A DNA stretch of 37,685 nucleotides from a candidate division WOR-3 bacterium. GTDB taxonomy: Bacteria > Hydrothermota > Tepidihabitantia > Tepidihabitantales > Tepidihabitantaceae. The first letter of the stretch is position 1; the number at the start of each line of letters is the position of its first letter. The notes beneath the pieces are model-generated. The model saw only the letters and a list, made by a program, of their open reading frames with translations. It did no database searches and was not told where the DNA came from. Below are positions 29,038 through 37,685 of this stretch, one piece after another. The translations under genes and the position numbers were made by a program. The stretch covers positions 1 to 37,685 of the forward strand of contig CBFGIY010000016.1 of the NCBI GenBank assembly GCA_965648935.1, read 5' to 3'.

Positions 29038-30737
29038 GACCTGCCCTCCATCAGCGCGGCAATGCCCTCGCGCACATCGTCCACGCGGAAAGGCCGTCCG
29101 TCATACCGCAGCACCGTGCCCGCGCAGTTGACCAGCGACTCCTGGGCAAGGAGCCGCGCGAGCTGACCGGTCGCGTTGTTCTCGACCGTGATGACCCGGC
29201 AACCTTGAGCCATGGCCCGCACGGCATCGCCCGGAAAAGGCCAGACCCACTCGAAGTGCAGCATCGCCACATCAGCGCCGCTGTGTCTCAACCGCGCCAC
29301 TGCCTCGGCCACGGTCCCTTTGGTCGAACCGAAGCAGCAGACCAGGGTCTGCGCCGGGCCGGGCCAGGGCACGGGCAACACCGCATCGCGCAGCAAAGCT
29401 GCTGTCTTGGCTGCACGCTTGCTGACCATCTTCAGCCGGACCTCGGCCGACTCCGTGATATGGCCTTCCTCGGTATGCTCGTCGGAATCAGCATAGACGA
29501 GCTGGTCGGGCGTGCCCGGGAAGAGCCGCTCGGACACGCCGTCAGGCCCCAGCGCATATCTGCGGTAGCTGTACGGCTCGGCCGAGCTTGCGCTCACTCG
29601 CGAGACAGGAACCACCGGCTCCAGCCGCTCGGCAGTCCACGCGCCGTCACCAAGCAACTGGTCGAACAGCACGATGGCAGGAACCTGGTACCGCTCGGCC
29701 AGTTCGAAAGCCCGCCGCGCGCAGTCAAACGCCGCGGCAGCGTCAGATGGAGCCAGCACAACCCGGCCGAACTCACCGTGCCCGGCATACAGCGCGGTGA
29801 ACAGGTCGGCCTGCGCCGTGTGCGTCGCCATTCCGGTCGCGGGACCGGGCCGCATACCAAGCATCACCACGACCGGCGTCTCGGTCATCCCGGAGAGGCT
29901 TAACCCTTCGTTCATAAGCGAGAACCCGCCGCCCGAAGTCGCAGTCATCGCCCGGGCGCCGGCGAACGACGCGCCCAGCGCGAGGTTGATAGCAGCCACC
30001 TCGTCCTCCACCATCTCAACGACAAGCCCGGCCTCCTCGGCCACGCGACCGCAGTACTCGAGGACGGGCGTGCCGGGCGACATCGGGTACCCGGCAATCA
30101 CCCGGACATTGGCGGCAATCGAACCCAGTGCGAGCGCGGTGGAACCGGTGAGGTAGAGCAACGGCCCGGCCCCGGGCTCGGGCAACCTGACCCGGCCGCG
30201 CAGGCCGAGTTGGTCCGCGGCCCGCATGCCGGCCTCAAGGCAGGCGGTGTTGCGCCGTACGACTTCGCCATCACGCCCGCGCAGATGTTCGCGCAGCAGT
30301 TCGGCAAGTCCATCCAGGGCCAGGTCAAACACGACGGCCACCGCGCCAAGCGCGACCGCGTTGGCCATCCGCGCGCTGCCGCCCGACTCGGTGGCGAGAC
30401 GCGCGAAAGGCAACCTGACCACGCGCGGGTCCGCGCCGTTGCCGTCGCCCTCGTCGGCCAGTGCTAGCCCGTTTTCCGCCAGCTCGCTGAGATGGACAGC
30501 CTCGAACCCGGATTTGAGCGCCACCAGCAGGTCATCGCGGTCAGCCGGCGCTGATATCGGCTCGGATGCGGCCCTGAGTCGGGCGAAGTTGTGGCCGCCG
30601 CGGATGCGCGACATCACATCCTGCAGCCCGAACACGTGCCGGCCGGAACGCGCCAGCAGGTGGCCGACGAGGTCGGAAACGAGCTGAAGCCCCTGGCCGG
30701 CCTCGCCCGAAATCCTCAGCGAGATGCTTCCACTCAA
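29034..30737 (-). CDS. korA: 2-oxoacid:ferredoxin oxidoreductase alpha subunit (gamma-alpha fusion, copy 1)
   Basis: GEAGQG, SRIRGGHNF, YPMSP, EDEVAA, TATSGGGFSLM, RPGPATG, VENNATGQL. Confidence 0.93.
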   Translation of the reverse strand: MSGSISLRISGEAGQGLQLVSDLVGHLLARSGRHVFGLQDVMSRIRGGHNFARLRAASEPISAPADRDDLLVALKSGFEAVHLSELAENGLALADEGDGNGADPRVVRLPFARLATESGGSARMANAVALGAVAVVFDLALDGLAELLREHLRGRDGEVVRRNTACLEAGMRAADQLGLRGRVRLPEPGAGPLLYLTGSTALALGSIAANVRVIAGYPMSPGTPVLEYCGRVAEEAGLVVEMVEDEVAAINLALGASFAGARAMTATSGGGFSLMNEGLSLSGMTETPVVVMLGMRPGPATGMATHTAQADLFTALYAGHGEFGRVVLAPSDAAAAFDCARRAFELAERYQVPAIVLFDQLLGDGAWTAERLEPVVPVSRVSASSAEPYSYRRYALGPDGVSERLFPGTPDQLVYADSDEHTEEGHITESAEVRLKMVSKRAAKTAALLRDAVLPVPWPGPAQTLVCCFGSTKGTVAEAVARLRHSGADVAMLHFEWVWPFPGDAVRAMAQGCRVITVENNATGQLARLLAQESLVNCAGTVLRYDGRPFRVDDVREGIAALMEGRS

Positions 30738-31600
30738 CGCATCTCCTCGATAATCCGCCTGACCGCATCCGCGTCTGTGGCGGCGTCAACGAGCGCGCGC
30801 TCGCGCAGCGCAGGCAGCAAGCTTTCGTAGGCCGGCCGGACAAGCCTGAGGAAAATGCCGATGGGTACCGGACCATCCGAGCCCGGCCACTCCAGCGCCC
30901 GTTCGAGTGCGGCTGCGGGATCGGTCGGGTCGTGCCCCTTGTCGACAAGGTCATACACACGCTCAGCATACCACTTGTAGGTATTGACGCGGTTGTAGGT
31001 GACGCATGGCTGCAGGATATCAATCAGCGCGAATCCGGAGTGATCCAGTGCAGCGGCCAGCAAACGTTCGAGGCCTGGGCCGTCGCCGGCGAATCCCCGG
31101 GCGACAAAAGTGCCGCCGGCCGCGATCGCCGCGGCAAGCGGGTTGAACGCCGGCTGCAGGGTCCCCCCGGGCACGCCGCGCGTGGCGAAGCCCAGCGCCG
31201 CTGTCGGCGCCGCTTGCCCCTTGGTCAGGCCGTACACCCCGTTGTTGTGCGCAAGGCACACTATGCCGATGTTGCGGCGCGCCGCGTTGACGAGGTGGTT
31301 GCCGCCCTCGCCGTACATGTCGCCGTCCCCGCCGATGGCGATCACCTTGAGCCGGTGATTGGCCAGCTTCACGCCGAGCGCCGCGGCGAGAGCCCGTCCG
31401 TGCAGACCGTGCAGCCAGTTCGTGTCAACCTGGCGCACGGTCTTGGCCGCCTGACCGATGCCGCCAACGAGGCAGACCTGCGACTTCTCAAGCCCGCTGG
31501 ACTGGAGCACGCGCAGCAGCGAATCAAGAACGGCAAAGTTGCCGCAACCCGGGCACCAGGTCGGCTCAACCGCACTTGCCCAGGAACCGGACGCTCTCAC
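30734..31600 (-). CDS. korB: 2-oxoacid:ferredoxin oxidoreductase beta subunit (copy 2)
   Basis: WCPGCGNF, GLHGRAL, GGDGD...NNGVYGLTKGQ. Confidence 0.93.
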   Translation of the reverse strand: MRASGSWASAVEPTWCPGCGNFAVLDSLLRVLQSSGLEKSQVCLVGGIGQAAKTVRQVDTNWLHGLHGRALAAALGVKLANHRLKVIAIGGDGDMYGEGGNHLVNAARRNIGIVCLAHNNGVYGLTKGQAAPTAALGFATRGVPGGTLQPAFNPLAAAIAAGGTFVARGFAGDGPGLERLLAAALDHSGFALIDILQPCVTYNRVNTYKWYAERVYDLVDKGHDPTDPAAALERALEWPGSDGPVPIGIFLRLVRPAYESLLPALRERALVDAATDADAVRRIIEEMR

Positions 31601-33309
31601 GCGACCTCCCTGGCAAGTTCGTCGGCGAGCCGCGCGCCGATGAACGGGCGCCCGTCATACTTCAGCACTTCGCGGTCGGGCCGCCGCAGCAGCTCGCGCG
31701 ACAGCAGGCGTCCGAGTTGGCCGGTGCTGTTCGCCTCGACAGTGACTATCCGCGTAGCCCCGTCGAGAGCGACCCTCACGCGGTCGCGCGGGAACGGCTC
31801 GAGCTCGTCCAGATGCAGCATGCCGATGCGCACGCGCCTGGCTTGAAGCAGCTGCACCGCCTCGCGCACCGCGCCGTAGGTGCCGCCCCAGCACACGACC
31901 ACGGTGCCCTCTCCCATACCCGGGTAGCAGCCGCCGCAGCCCAGCGCCGCGCGCATCGGCTCAAGCTTGGACAGCCGCTTGTCGTGCATCCTCACCCGCA
32001 CTGCCGAATCCTCTGTTTGCAGAGCGTCCTCGTCGTGCTCCGCGCCGGTCGCGCGCACGAGCTGGCTGGTCAGCCCGGGGCGCAGCAACGCGGACACGCC
32101 GGCCGGCCCGGGGGCATACCGCTGGTAACCGCCGGCCGGACGCGAGCGCCAGAACTGCTCGGCGAAGCTCTCTGCAGGGTTCACCGGCCAGGGCCGCAGC
32201 TCGCCGACAGTCCAGAGCGAATCGCTCAGCGACTGGTCGGTCAGGACAATCGCGGGAACCTGGAATCGCCAAGCGAGCTCGAAGGCGCGCTGCATCGCGT
32301 GGAAGGCTGACTCGGCCGTGCCCGGCGCGAGCACGAAACGCGGGAACTCGTCCTGCGAAGCCGAAATGGCGTACAGCAACTCGCCCTGCTCGTTGCGGGT
32401 GGGAAACCCCGTCGCCGGCCCGGCACGCTGGGCTATGACGACGACGACCGGCAGCTCGGCCATCCCGGCCAGACCCAGTGCCTCGACCATCAGGGCGAAA
32501 CCGCCGCCCGAGGTTGCGGTCATCGCCCGGACGCCGGCGTAGGCCGCGCCGCAGACCATGTTCAGCGCGCCGATTTCGTCCTCGGCCTGCTCGACGACGA
32601 GGCCGAACTCGGCCTGCCTCTCGGCCAGGAACTCCATCACCGAAGTCGACGGCGACATCGGGTAGCCGGCGTGGAATCGCACGCCGGCGGCAAGCGCGCC
32701 CAAGGCGATTGCCTGGTTACCGGTAACCACCAGTCGTCTTGTCGGTTCCAGGCCGGGCAGGCGGCAGTTGCACTGCTCGCGCAGCTCGCGCCGCACGAGC
32801 TTCGCCCCGGCCAAGGCGCAGTCGACATTCGCCTTGACGATATTCCCGCCCTTGGCCGCGAACCGCTCGCGCAGAAGCGCAATGAGCGGGTCAAGCGGGT
32901 GCCCGGCGAGGCCGAACAGCGCGCCGAGCCCGACCGTGTTCAGCATCGCCCGGCTGCCGCCGGCATCGCGCGCGGTGCGCTCGAGAGGTAATGATACGAT
33001 GCCTGCTGACGGCGCGGCATTGGCCTCATCGGTCACGACCAGGCCACCGGGAACGATGTCTGAGCGGTGTGTCTCGACCGATTCCTGGTCCAGCGCCAGC
33101 AGCAGGTTGAACTGAGCGGGCGGGCCAAGCACGGGCCGGCTCGATGCCCTCACCGCCGTGAAGTTGTGGCCGCCGCGGATGCGCGACATCACGTCCGGGT
33201 AGGCGAACACGTGATAGCCCGAACGCGCCAGACTCCGCGCCAGCAGCTCGGCCGCGGTGTCAACGCCCTGCCCGGCCTGCCCGGCTATGGCTGCTGTCGT
33301 ATCGACCAC
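31597..33309 (-). CDS. korA: 2-oxoacid:ferredoxin oxidoreductase alpha subunit (copy 2)
   Basis: GQAGQG, SRIRGGHNF, YPMSP, EDEIGA, TATSGGGFALM, QRAGPATG. Confidence 0.93.
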   Translation of the reverse strand: MVDTTAAIAGQAGQGVDTAAELLARSLARSGYHVFAYPDVMSRIRGGHNFTAVRASSRPVLGPPAQFNLLLALDQESVETHRSDIVPGGLVVTDEANAAPSAGIVSLPLERTARDAGGSRAMLNTVGLGALFGLAGHPLDPLIALLRERFAAKGGNIVKANVDCALAGAKLVRRELREQCNCRLPGLEPTRRLVVTGNQAIALGALAAGVRFHAGYPMSPSTSVMEFLAERQAEFGLVVEQAEDEIGALNMVCGAAYAGVRAMTATSGGGFALMVEALGLAGMAELPVVVVIAQRAGPATGFPTRNEQGELLYAISASQDEFPRFVLAPGTAESAFHAMQRAFELAWRFQVPAIVLTDQSLSDSLWTVGELRPWPVNPAESFAEQFWRSRPAGGYQRYAPGPAGVSALLRPGLTSQLVRATGAEHDEDALQTEDSAVRVRMHDKRLSKLEPMRAALGCGGCYPGMGEGTVVVCWGGTYGAVREAVQLLQARRVRIGMLHLDELEPFPRDRVRVALDGATRIVTVEANSTGQLGRLLSRELLRRPDREVLKYDGRPFIGARLADELAREVA

Positions 33310-33315
33310 TGCAGT

Positions 33316-33344
33316 ATACTATGTCCGCGGCGCGTCGGGGTCAA
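33316..33344 (-). promoter_or_regulatory. Leaderless promoter of the kor operon overlapping the upstream gene's stop codon
   Basis: TTGACC-N17-TAGTAT, 6 nt to GTG at 33309. Confidence 0.65.
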
Positions 33345-33969
33345 CACCGCCGCGGGCGCGCCGCCGCCTGAGCAAAGCCTGAACCACAAGACCGAGCAGC
33401 GCCGCGCCCGCAATGGCCGCGCCCCACACGCCCAGGAGCGACAACGCGGTGACGATCGCGGCAGCGACGCACACGCCAAGCGAACAGGCCAGCAGGATCC
33501 GCCAGTAGGGCAGCCCAAGCAGAACCCCGGCCAGCGAGCCGGTCCAGGCCCCGGTAACGGGCAATGGTATCCCTATGAAGACCACAAGGCCCCAGAACTC
33601 GTAGCGCTCGATAACTCCGCTGCGCCGTCGCGTCCGGGCGTACAGCCACTCGAAGAAGCGGCGCATGAACGCGACACGGCTGAGCAGGCCCACCGCCTTC
33701 TCCAGCAGAAACACGATGAGGAAGATGGGCACGATGTTTCCGGCAATCGACAGCGCCAGCGTCTGCCAGAGAGGCAAACGGAACAGGTTGTTGCCGATCG
33801 GCACGGCCCCGCGCAGCTCGACAATCGGCAGCATCGCCACGGCGAAGACCACGACCTGCGGCGACAGCCCGCGTTCGCGCAGCCCGGCGGCTATGCGGCT
33901 GCCGACCGACGCATCGGCCCCTGCGGTCAGAACAAGAACGGCCAGAACAACGAGGCACAGACGTTTCAC
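33319..33969 (-). CDS. COG2426 / 'small multi-drug export' family membrane protein
   Basis: MLPIVELRGAVP, FIGIPLPVTGAWTG; start reassigned to GTG 33969 (GTGA overlap). Confidence 0.85.
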   Translation of the reverse strand: MKRLCLVVLAVLVLTAGADASVGSRIAAGLRERGLSPQVVVFAVAMLPIVELRGAVPIGNNLFRLPLWQTLALSIAGNIVPIFLIVFLLEKAVGLLSRVAFMRRFFEWLYARTRRRSGVIERYEFWGLVVFIGIPLPVTGAWTGSLAGVLLGLPYWRILLACSLGVCVAAAIVTALSLLGVWGAAIAGAALLGLVVQALLRRRRARGGVDPDAPRT

Positions 33970-35957
33970 AGCATTCCTTCCCGGCGCCGCAACACCCACT
34001 CCAGCCCGGCGAGCAGCGCGGCGGCCACGAGCAACCATACGCTGCGCCGCGGGTCGATCGAGAATCCCCGCTCGAACGTCGCCGTCCTCAGCTCATATGC
34101 CATCCCGGGCAGGCTCTCCGCATCGAAGTAAGCCCCGCCGCTCACGCGGGCTATGTCTTCAAGCAGTTGTCGGTCCCGCCCGACCTGCGCCAGCTCAAGC
34201 GGCCGGGGCTCGACCGCGAATCCGGCTCTGGCGAACCCGAGGCTGTCGCCGGCAACGCCGACTCTGGCGCGCGCTTCGTACTCCCCCGGTTTCAGCCCGG
34301 CGACATCAACCTCGTAGCGGCCGTCGCCGGTCTCCGCCATGGGCGCGCGCACGGACTCACCTGCGGACTCGGCCGTCACATCGACTTCGGCGTCAAGCCC
34401 GGTCCACGCCCGGCCGTCAGGTGACCGGGCAAGAAGCGCCAGCCTGACCGCTTCGCCGTCGAGGAACGTCGGCTTGACTGGAGCGAGGCGGAAGCGCACG
34501 GTATCGGCATCGGCCAGAAAGGAACTCACCCCGCGCAGGAAGGCCTCGAGCGGGCTGACGCTTCCCGGCCGCACCGATGCCGCGAAACCCCATCGCCACA
34601 GCGGGTAGCCGGCAACGTACACCACCCTGCCCCTGCCGTGTCGGCAAAACAGAATCGCAGACTTGCCGGATGCCGTCTTCACCCAGGCATCGCTGGCCGG
34701 CGGGTCAGCGGTGAGCACGCGGAAGCCTTCGAAGGGCGGAACGCTGTCGAGCTTGACGCCGTCCGGGCCGAACCACGGCATCAGCCGGCCGGCCGGCAAG
34801 GGCTCGACCGGCTCGCCCTTCCAAGGCGCGGGCAAAAGCGCGGCCCCAAGAACCCGGCCTGTGGCGGCACCCGTGACCATACCCGGCCCGGCCAGAACCA
34901 GCGCGCCGGCTCCGGCCTCAATGCGCGCCGCCGCAGCCCGGTACACTGGCTCCGAGCGCGGGTTCTCAACCGGGCAGTCCAGCACCAGCAGGTCGGCGCT
35001 GTCCAGCCACGCCGGTACTGCGCCCGCGCCCGGCTCGACCAGCCGCAGTGTCAGCGCGCTGTCGGCCGCAAATGCCCGCGTCACGAATCTCGTCTGCGCG
35101 CCGAGCTGGCCGCCGATGTAGGCGACCAGCAGAGTGCCGGCGCCAACTTCGACCAGCGCGGTCTTCTCATTATCGGCGTAGCTCACCTCACCCGACAGGC
35201 TTTCCGCCACGGCGCTCAACCTGGCCGGTCCGGGCCGGGCGAAGACCACGCGAAAAGAAACCTCGGCTTCGGCGGGTCCGGCATCGAGCACGACATCGCG
35301 CACCTGACCGAGCAGGCGCACCCGGGCCCTTTCTCCGGCGAGACCAGCGGATTTGAGCCGCACGGTCGCTGTCGCGGTTTCGCCTGCCTTGACAACAGAA
35401 GGCAGAACCAGGGCGGTCAGCGCGAGATTCCTTGCGGCATCAGGCCCGACCCCGACCGCATACACCGCCACATTGCCGCGGGCTGCCGCTACCCGGCTGT
35501 CGGTCCCGCCGTTGTCCTGCCCGTCGCTGACCAGCACAATCGCCGCCGGCCGCGTGCGTGCCGCGGCCTCAAGGGCCAGCGCGACGCGCGTGCGCCCGGC
35601 ACGCGACTCGGCGAGCCGCCCGGCGTCCGGCAGGTCCTCGAACCTGAGCACGGTATCGGCGAAGGCCCACATTCGCCTTTCCAGCCCCGCCGGAACCGGG
35701 AAGCGCACCGCGACGCGGTTCACGATGCTGTCGAGGCCGAGTGCCGTGACGCTGAGCGAACGGTCAGCAAGCACCGCCACATGCCGGGGCTTCTCGGTCC
35801 ACTTCAGGCGCAACGTCGAGCCCGCAAGAACCAGCGCCAGCAGCGCCAGCACGGCAAGACGCAAGGCCAGCAGGCCGAACGACGACCGCACGAGCAACTG
35901 CCGGCGATAGGCCAGCAGGCCCAGCGCCAGCAGCGCCGCGCTAACGGCGATAAGCAT
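33966..35957 (-). CDS. Membrane-anchored VWA-like / glutamine-amidotransferase-like domain protein
   Basis: N-terminal TM helices, DRSLS, VLVSDGQDN, WRWG, C-terminal TM ending EWVLRRREG. Confidence 0.75.
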   Translation of the reverse strand: MLIAVSAALLALGLLAYRRQLLVRSSFGLLALRLAVLALLALVLAGSTLRLKWTEKPRHVAVLADRSLSVTALGLDSIVNRVAVRFPVPAGLERRMWAFADTVLRFEDLPDAGRLAESRAGRTRVALALEAAARTRPAAIVLVSDGQDNGGTDSRVAAARGNVAVYAVGVGPDAARNLALTALVLPSVVKAGETATATVRLKSAGLAGERARVRLLGQVRDVVLDAGPAEAEVSFRVVFARPGPARLSAVAESLSGEVSYADNEKTALVEVGAGTLLVAYIGGQLGAQTRFVTRAFAADSALTLRLVEPGAGAVPAWLDSADLLVLDCPVENPRSEPVYRAAAARIEAGAGALVLAGPGMVTGAATGRVLGAALLPAPWKGEPVEPLPAGRLMPWFGPDGVKLDSVPPFEGFRVLTADPPASDAWVKTASGKSAILFCRHGRGRVVYVAGYPLWRWGFAASVRPGSVSPLEAFLRGVSSFLADADTVRFRLAPVKPTFLDGEAVRLALLARSPDGRAWTGLDAEVDVTAESAGESVRAPMAETGDGRYEVDVAGLKPGEYEARARVGVAGDSLGFARAGFAVEPRPLELAQVGRDRQLLEDIARVSGGAYFDAESLPGMAYELRTATFERGFSIDPRRSVWLLVAAALLAGLEWVLRRREGML

Positions 35958-36927
35958 CAGGTGGCAGGCCCTGCTGGACAGGTCTGAGGTCGAGCCTGAG
36001 GCTCTCCTGCGGCGAAGTGAAACTCACTCGGTCGCTGGCCAGGTCAACAAGTCCGTTGCCGCTGGTGTCGGCGACAGCCTGCGCCCAGTAGCTGCCCGGC
36101 GCAAGCCGCAAGGCGAACCGACCGCTCGGTTCGACAGCAGTCGCGGCCACGGTGCGGGCCGATTCGACGAACACGATGCCGCCGCGGACCAGCGAATCAC
36201 CGCCCGTCACCACGCCTGCGACAAGCTCCAAGGCCGGGGCCGAATCGCACGCGAAGAACGTCGCGGCGGTGAACCGCGCGCGGTTGCCCTCCAGATCGCG
36301 CCAGCCAGCCGGCACGACGAAGTAAGCGACAAGTCCCGGCGGCAGCGAATCGCGGTACCCGAGCGCGAAAGACTGCCAGTCGCGTTCCCAGGCGCGGCGA
36401 AACAGCGTGTCCAGCCAGGCCGGCGCGAAGAACCATGAAACCCCGGCAGTAGTATCGGCCGGCTCGCTCAGCCGAACGGTCACGCGCGGGCTGTAGCGCA
36501 CACGGTCGGTTCCGGGGCGCGGGTCAATCGCCGCAACGCGCGGCGGCACGGTATCGGCCCGCGTGCCGGCGCGAAAGCGCGAGCGGAAGCGGACCGAGTT
36601 TCCGGCCCGGTCCGCGGCCCGGCCCCGCACCTCGTAGATGCCCGGCTCGAGCGCCTCGGTCCACACCAGCAATCGCGAATCGCCCCGGCCGCGCGACACG
36701 CCGCGCACCACCAGGGTCCCGCCGTCCGCCGCCTGCAGAGTCAGGCTCTCGAGCGGCGTCGCAGCCGGCTCGACCGGTTCGTCGAAAGCTATCTCGAACT
36801 GGGTCCGGGTGCGCGTCGTGATTCCCTCGACTCTGGGCGGGAAACGGTCCGGGTTGGGCGGCGGCATCTTCTTGGCGCACGCCAGCAGGCCAAGCACGCA
36901 GCAAGCGACCAGAGCGCCGGTTCTCAT
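35941..36927 (-). CDS. Ig-like domain lipoprotein
   Basis: Lipobox LLAC; CAKKMPPP..D..PP; F(D/S)EP Ig-like repeats; D..GN motifs. Confidence 0.72.
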   Translation of the reverse strand: MRTGALVACCVLGLLACAKKMPPPNPDRFPPRVEGITTRTRTQFEIAFDEPVEPAATPLESLTLQAADGGTLVVRGVSRGRGDSRLLVWTEALEPGIYEVRGRAADRAGNSVRFRSRFRAGTRADTVPPRVAAIDPRPGTDRVRYSPRVTVRLSEPADTTAGVSWFFAPAWLDTLFRRAWERDWQSFALGYRDSLPPGLVAYFVVPAGWRDLEGNRARFTAATFFACDSAPALELVAGVVTGGDSLVRGGIVFVESARTVAATAVEPSGRFALRLAPGSYWAQAVADTSGNGLVDLASDRVSFTSPQESLRLDLRPVQQGLPPDAYRR

Positions 36928-37685
36928 CCTGTCCCCTTCAGCACGACGCGCAGTCGTTTCACCCGGTCCTGCGCCAGCCCCTGCCGCGCAGCGACATCGA
37001 CCAGGCGCAGCGAGAGCGCACGGTACATCGGCAGCAGCCCGGGCGCGCGCTCGCGCAGCGCCGCGATGTGACGCGCCACGGTCGACGAATCACCGCGCTG
37101 CACCGGCCCGGTCAGGCTCGCGGTCGCGCCCGAGCGGATGATGTTTTCGAGCACGGCTCTGGGCAGGGCGGCAAGGACGCGCACCCCGGTTTTCCTGTCG
37201 AGCCCGATCGCGGCGGCCAGCTCCTCAACCCCGTCACCCAGCGCGTTGAGAAAGTTCGACGCGAAGACGCACATCACGTGATACAGCGGCCGGTCCGCGC
37301 CGCTGACCTGAATGACAGCACCCCGCAGGCAGCGCACCAGCCTGCGCCCGAACGCAAGGCCGCGGCGCGTTCCCTCGACCGCGAAAGTGCTGCCGGGCAG
37401 GTCGGCGATCGCCTGAGCGTGCGACGAGAACGATTGCACCGGATGAAGCGCCAGTGCCTCGTGGCCGGCATCGCCGTGCCCGGCCAGAAGCTCGATGCCG
37501 TGCGCGCCTGAGCAATGGACCACAACACTACCGGGCAGGAGCCAGCGACGCAGGGCTGCATACTCCGGCCCGATCACGCTGTCCGGCGTCGTCAGGAACA
37601 GCACCCTTGAGCGAGCCGCGACCTCGGTCGAGCGCAGGCGTTCATACGGCAGTTTGAGCAGGCCATAGCACACCCAGGCCTGGCG
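36924..37685 (-). CDS. Rossmann-like/DUF2520 domain protein (5' end beyond the window)
   Basis: Frame open to the window edge; LTTPD, HCSGA, LHPVQSF, YH..CVFASN, LTGPVQRGD...H. Confidence 0.88.
   Translation of the reverse strand, partial: RQAWVCYGLLKLPYERLRSTEVAARSRVLFLTTPDSVIGPEYAALRRWLLPGSVVVHCSGAHGIELLAGHGDAGHEALALHPVQSFSSHAQAIADLPGSTFAVEGTRRGLAFGRRLVRCLRGAVIQVSGADRPLYHVMCVFASNFLNALGDGVEELAAAIGLDRKTGVRVLAALPRAVLENIIRSGATASLTGPVQRGDSSTVARHIAALRERAPGLLPMYRALSLRLVDVAARQGLAQDRVKRLRVVLKGTG

Overview
High-GC bacterial chromosomal segment, densely coding. The short C-terminal sorting domains and gene content tentatively suggest candidate division WOR-3 or another FCB-related anaerobe; this is an inference. 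Gene order: mazG (partial) <- -> glyA-eno-ftsB; trmI-btuFCD-like ABC transporter; a degenerate 5'-nucleotidase/ComEA fusion, a YfhO-family protein and a small exported protein; a serine palmitoyltransferase-like gene coupled to a YghO/bCerS-like GNAT; ligA-recG-DUF4837; two secreted CTD proteins; an fmdB-cvpA-cobO-meaB-B12 mutase (large and small subunit) operon; xerC; two tandem korAB pairs; and envelope genes. I saw no CRISPR array, rRNA, tRNA or transposase. Main observations: (1) eight transcription-unit-leading genes have sigma70-like -35/-10 boxes only 5-8 nt before the start codon, suggesting pervasive leaderless mRNAs; (2) the mutase carries isobutyryl-CoA mutase rather than methylmalonyl-CoA mutase specificity residues; (3) a candidate Spt+bCerS sphingolipid gene pair; (4) an approximately 260-nt intergenic element with nested stems (candidate ncRNA or MITE); (5) a cryptic 16 x 12-nt periodic tract next to a perfect 13-bp hairpin. 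All calls were made by eye from motifs; no searches were run.
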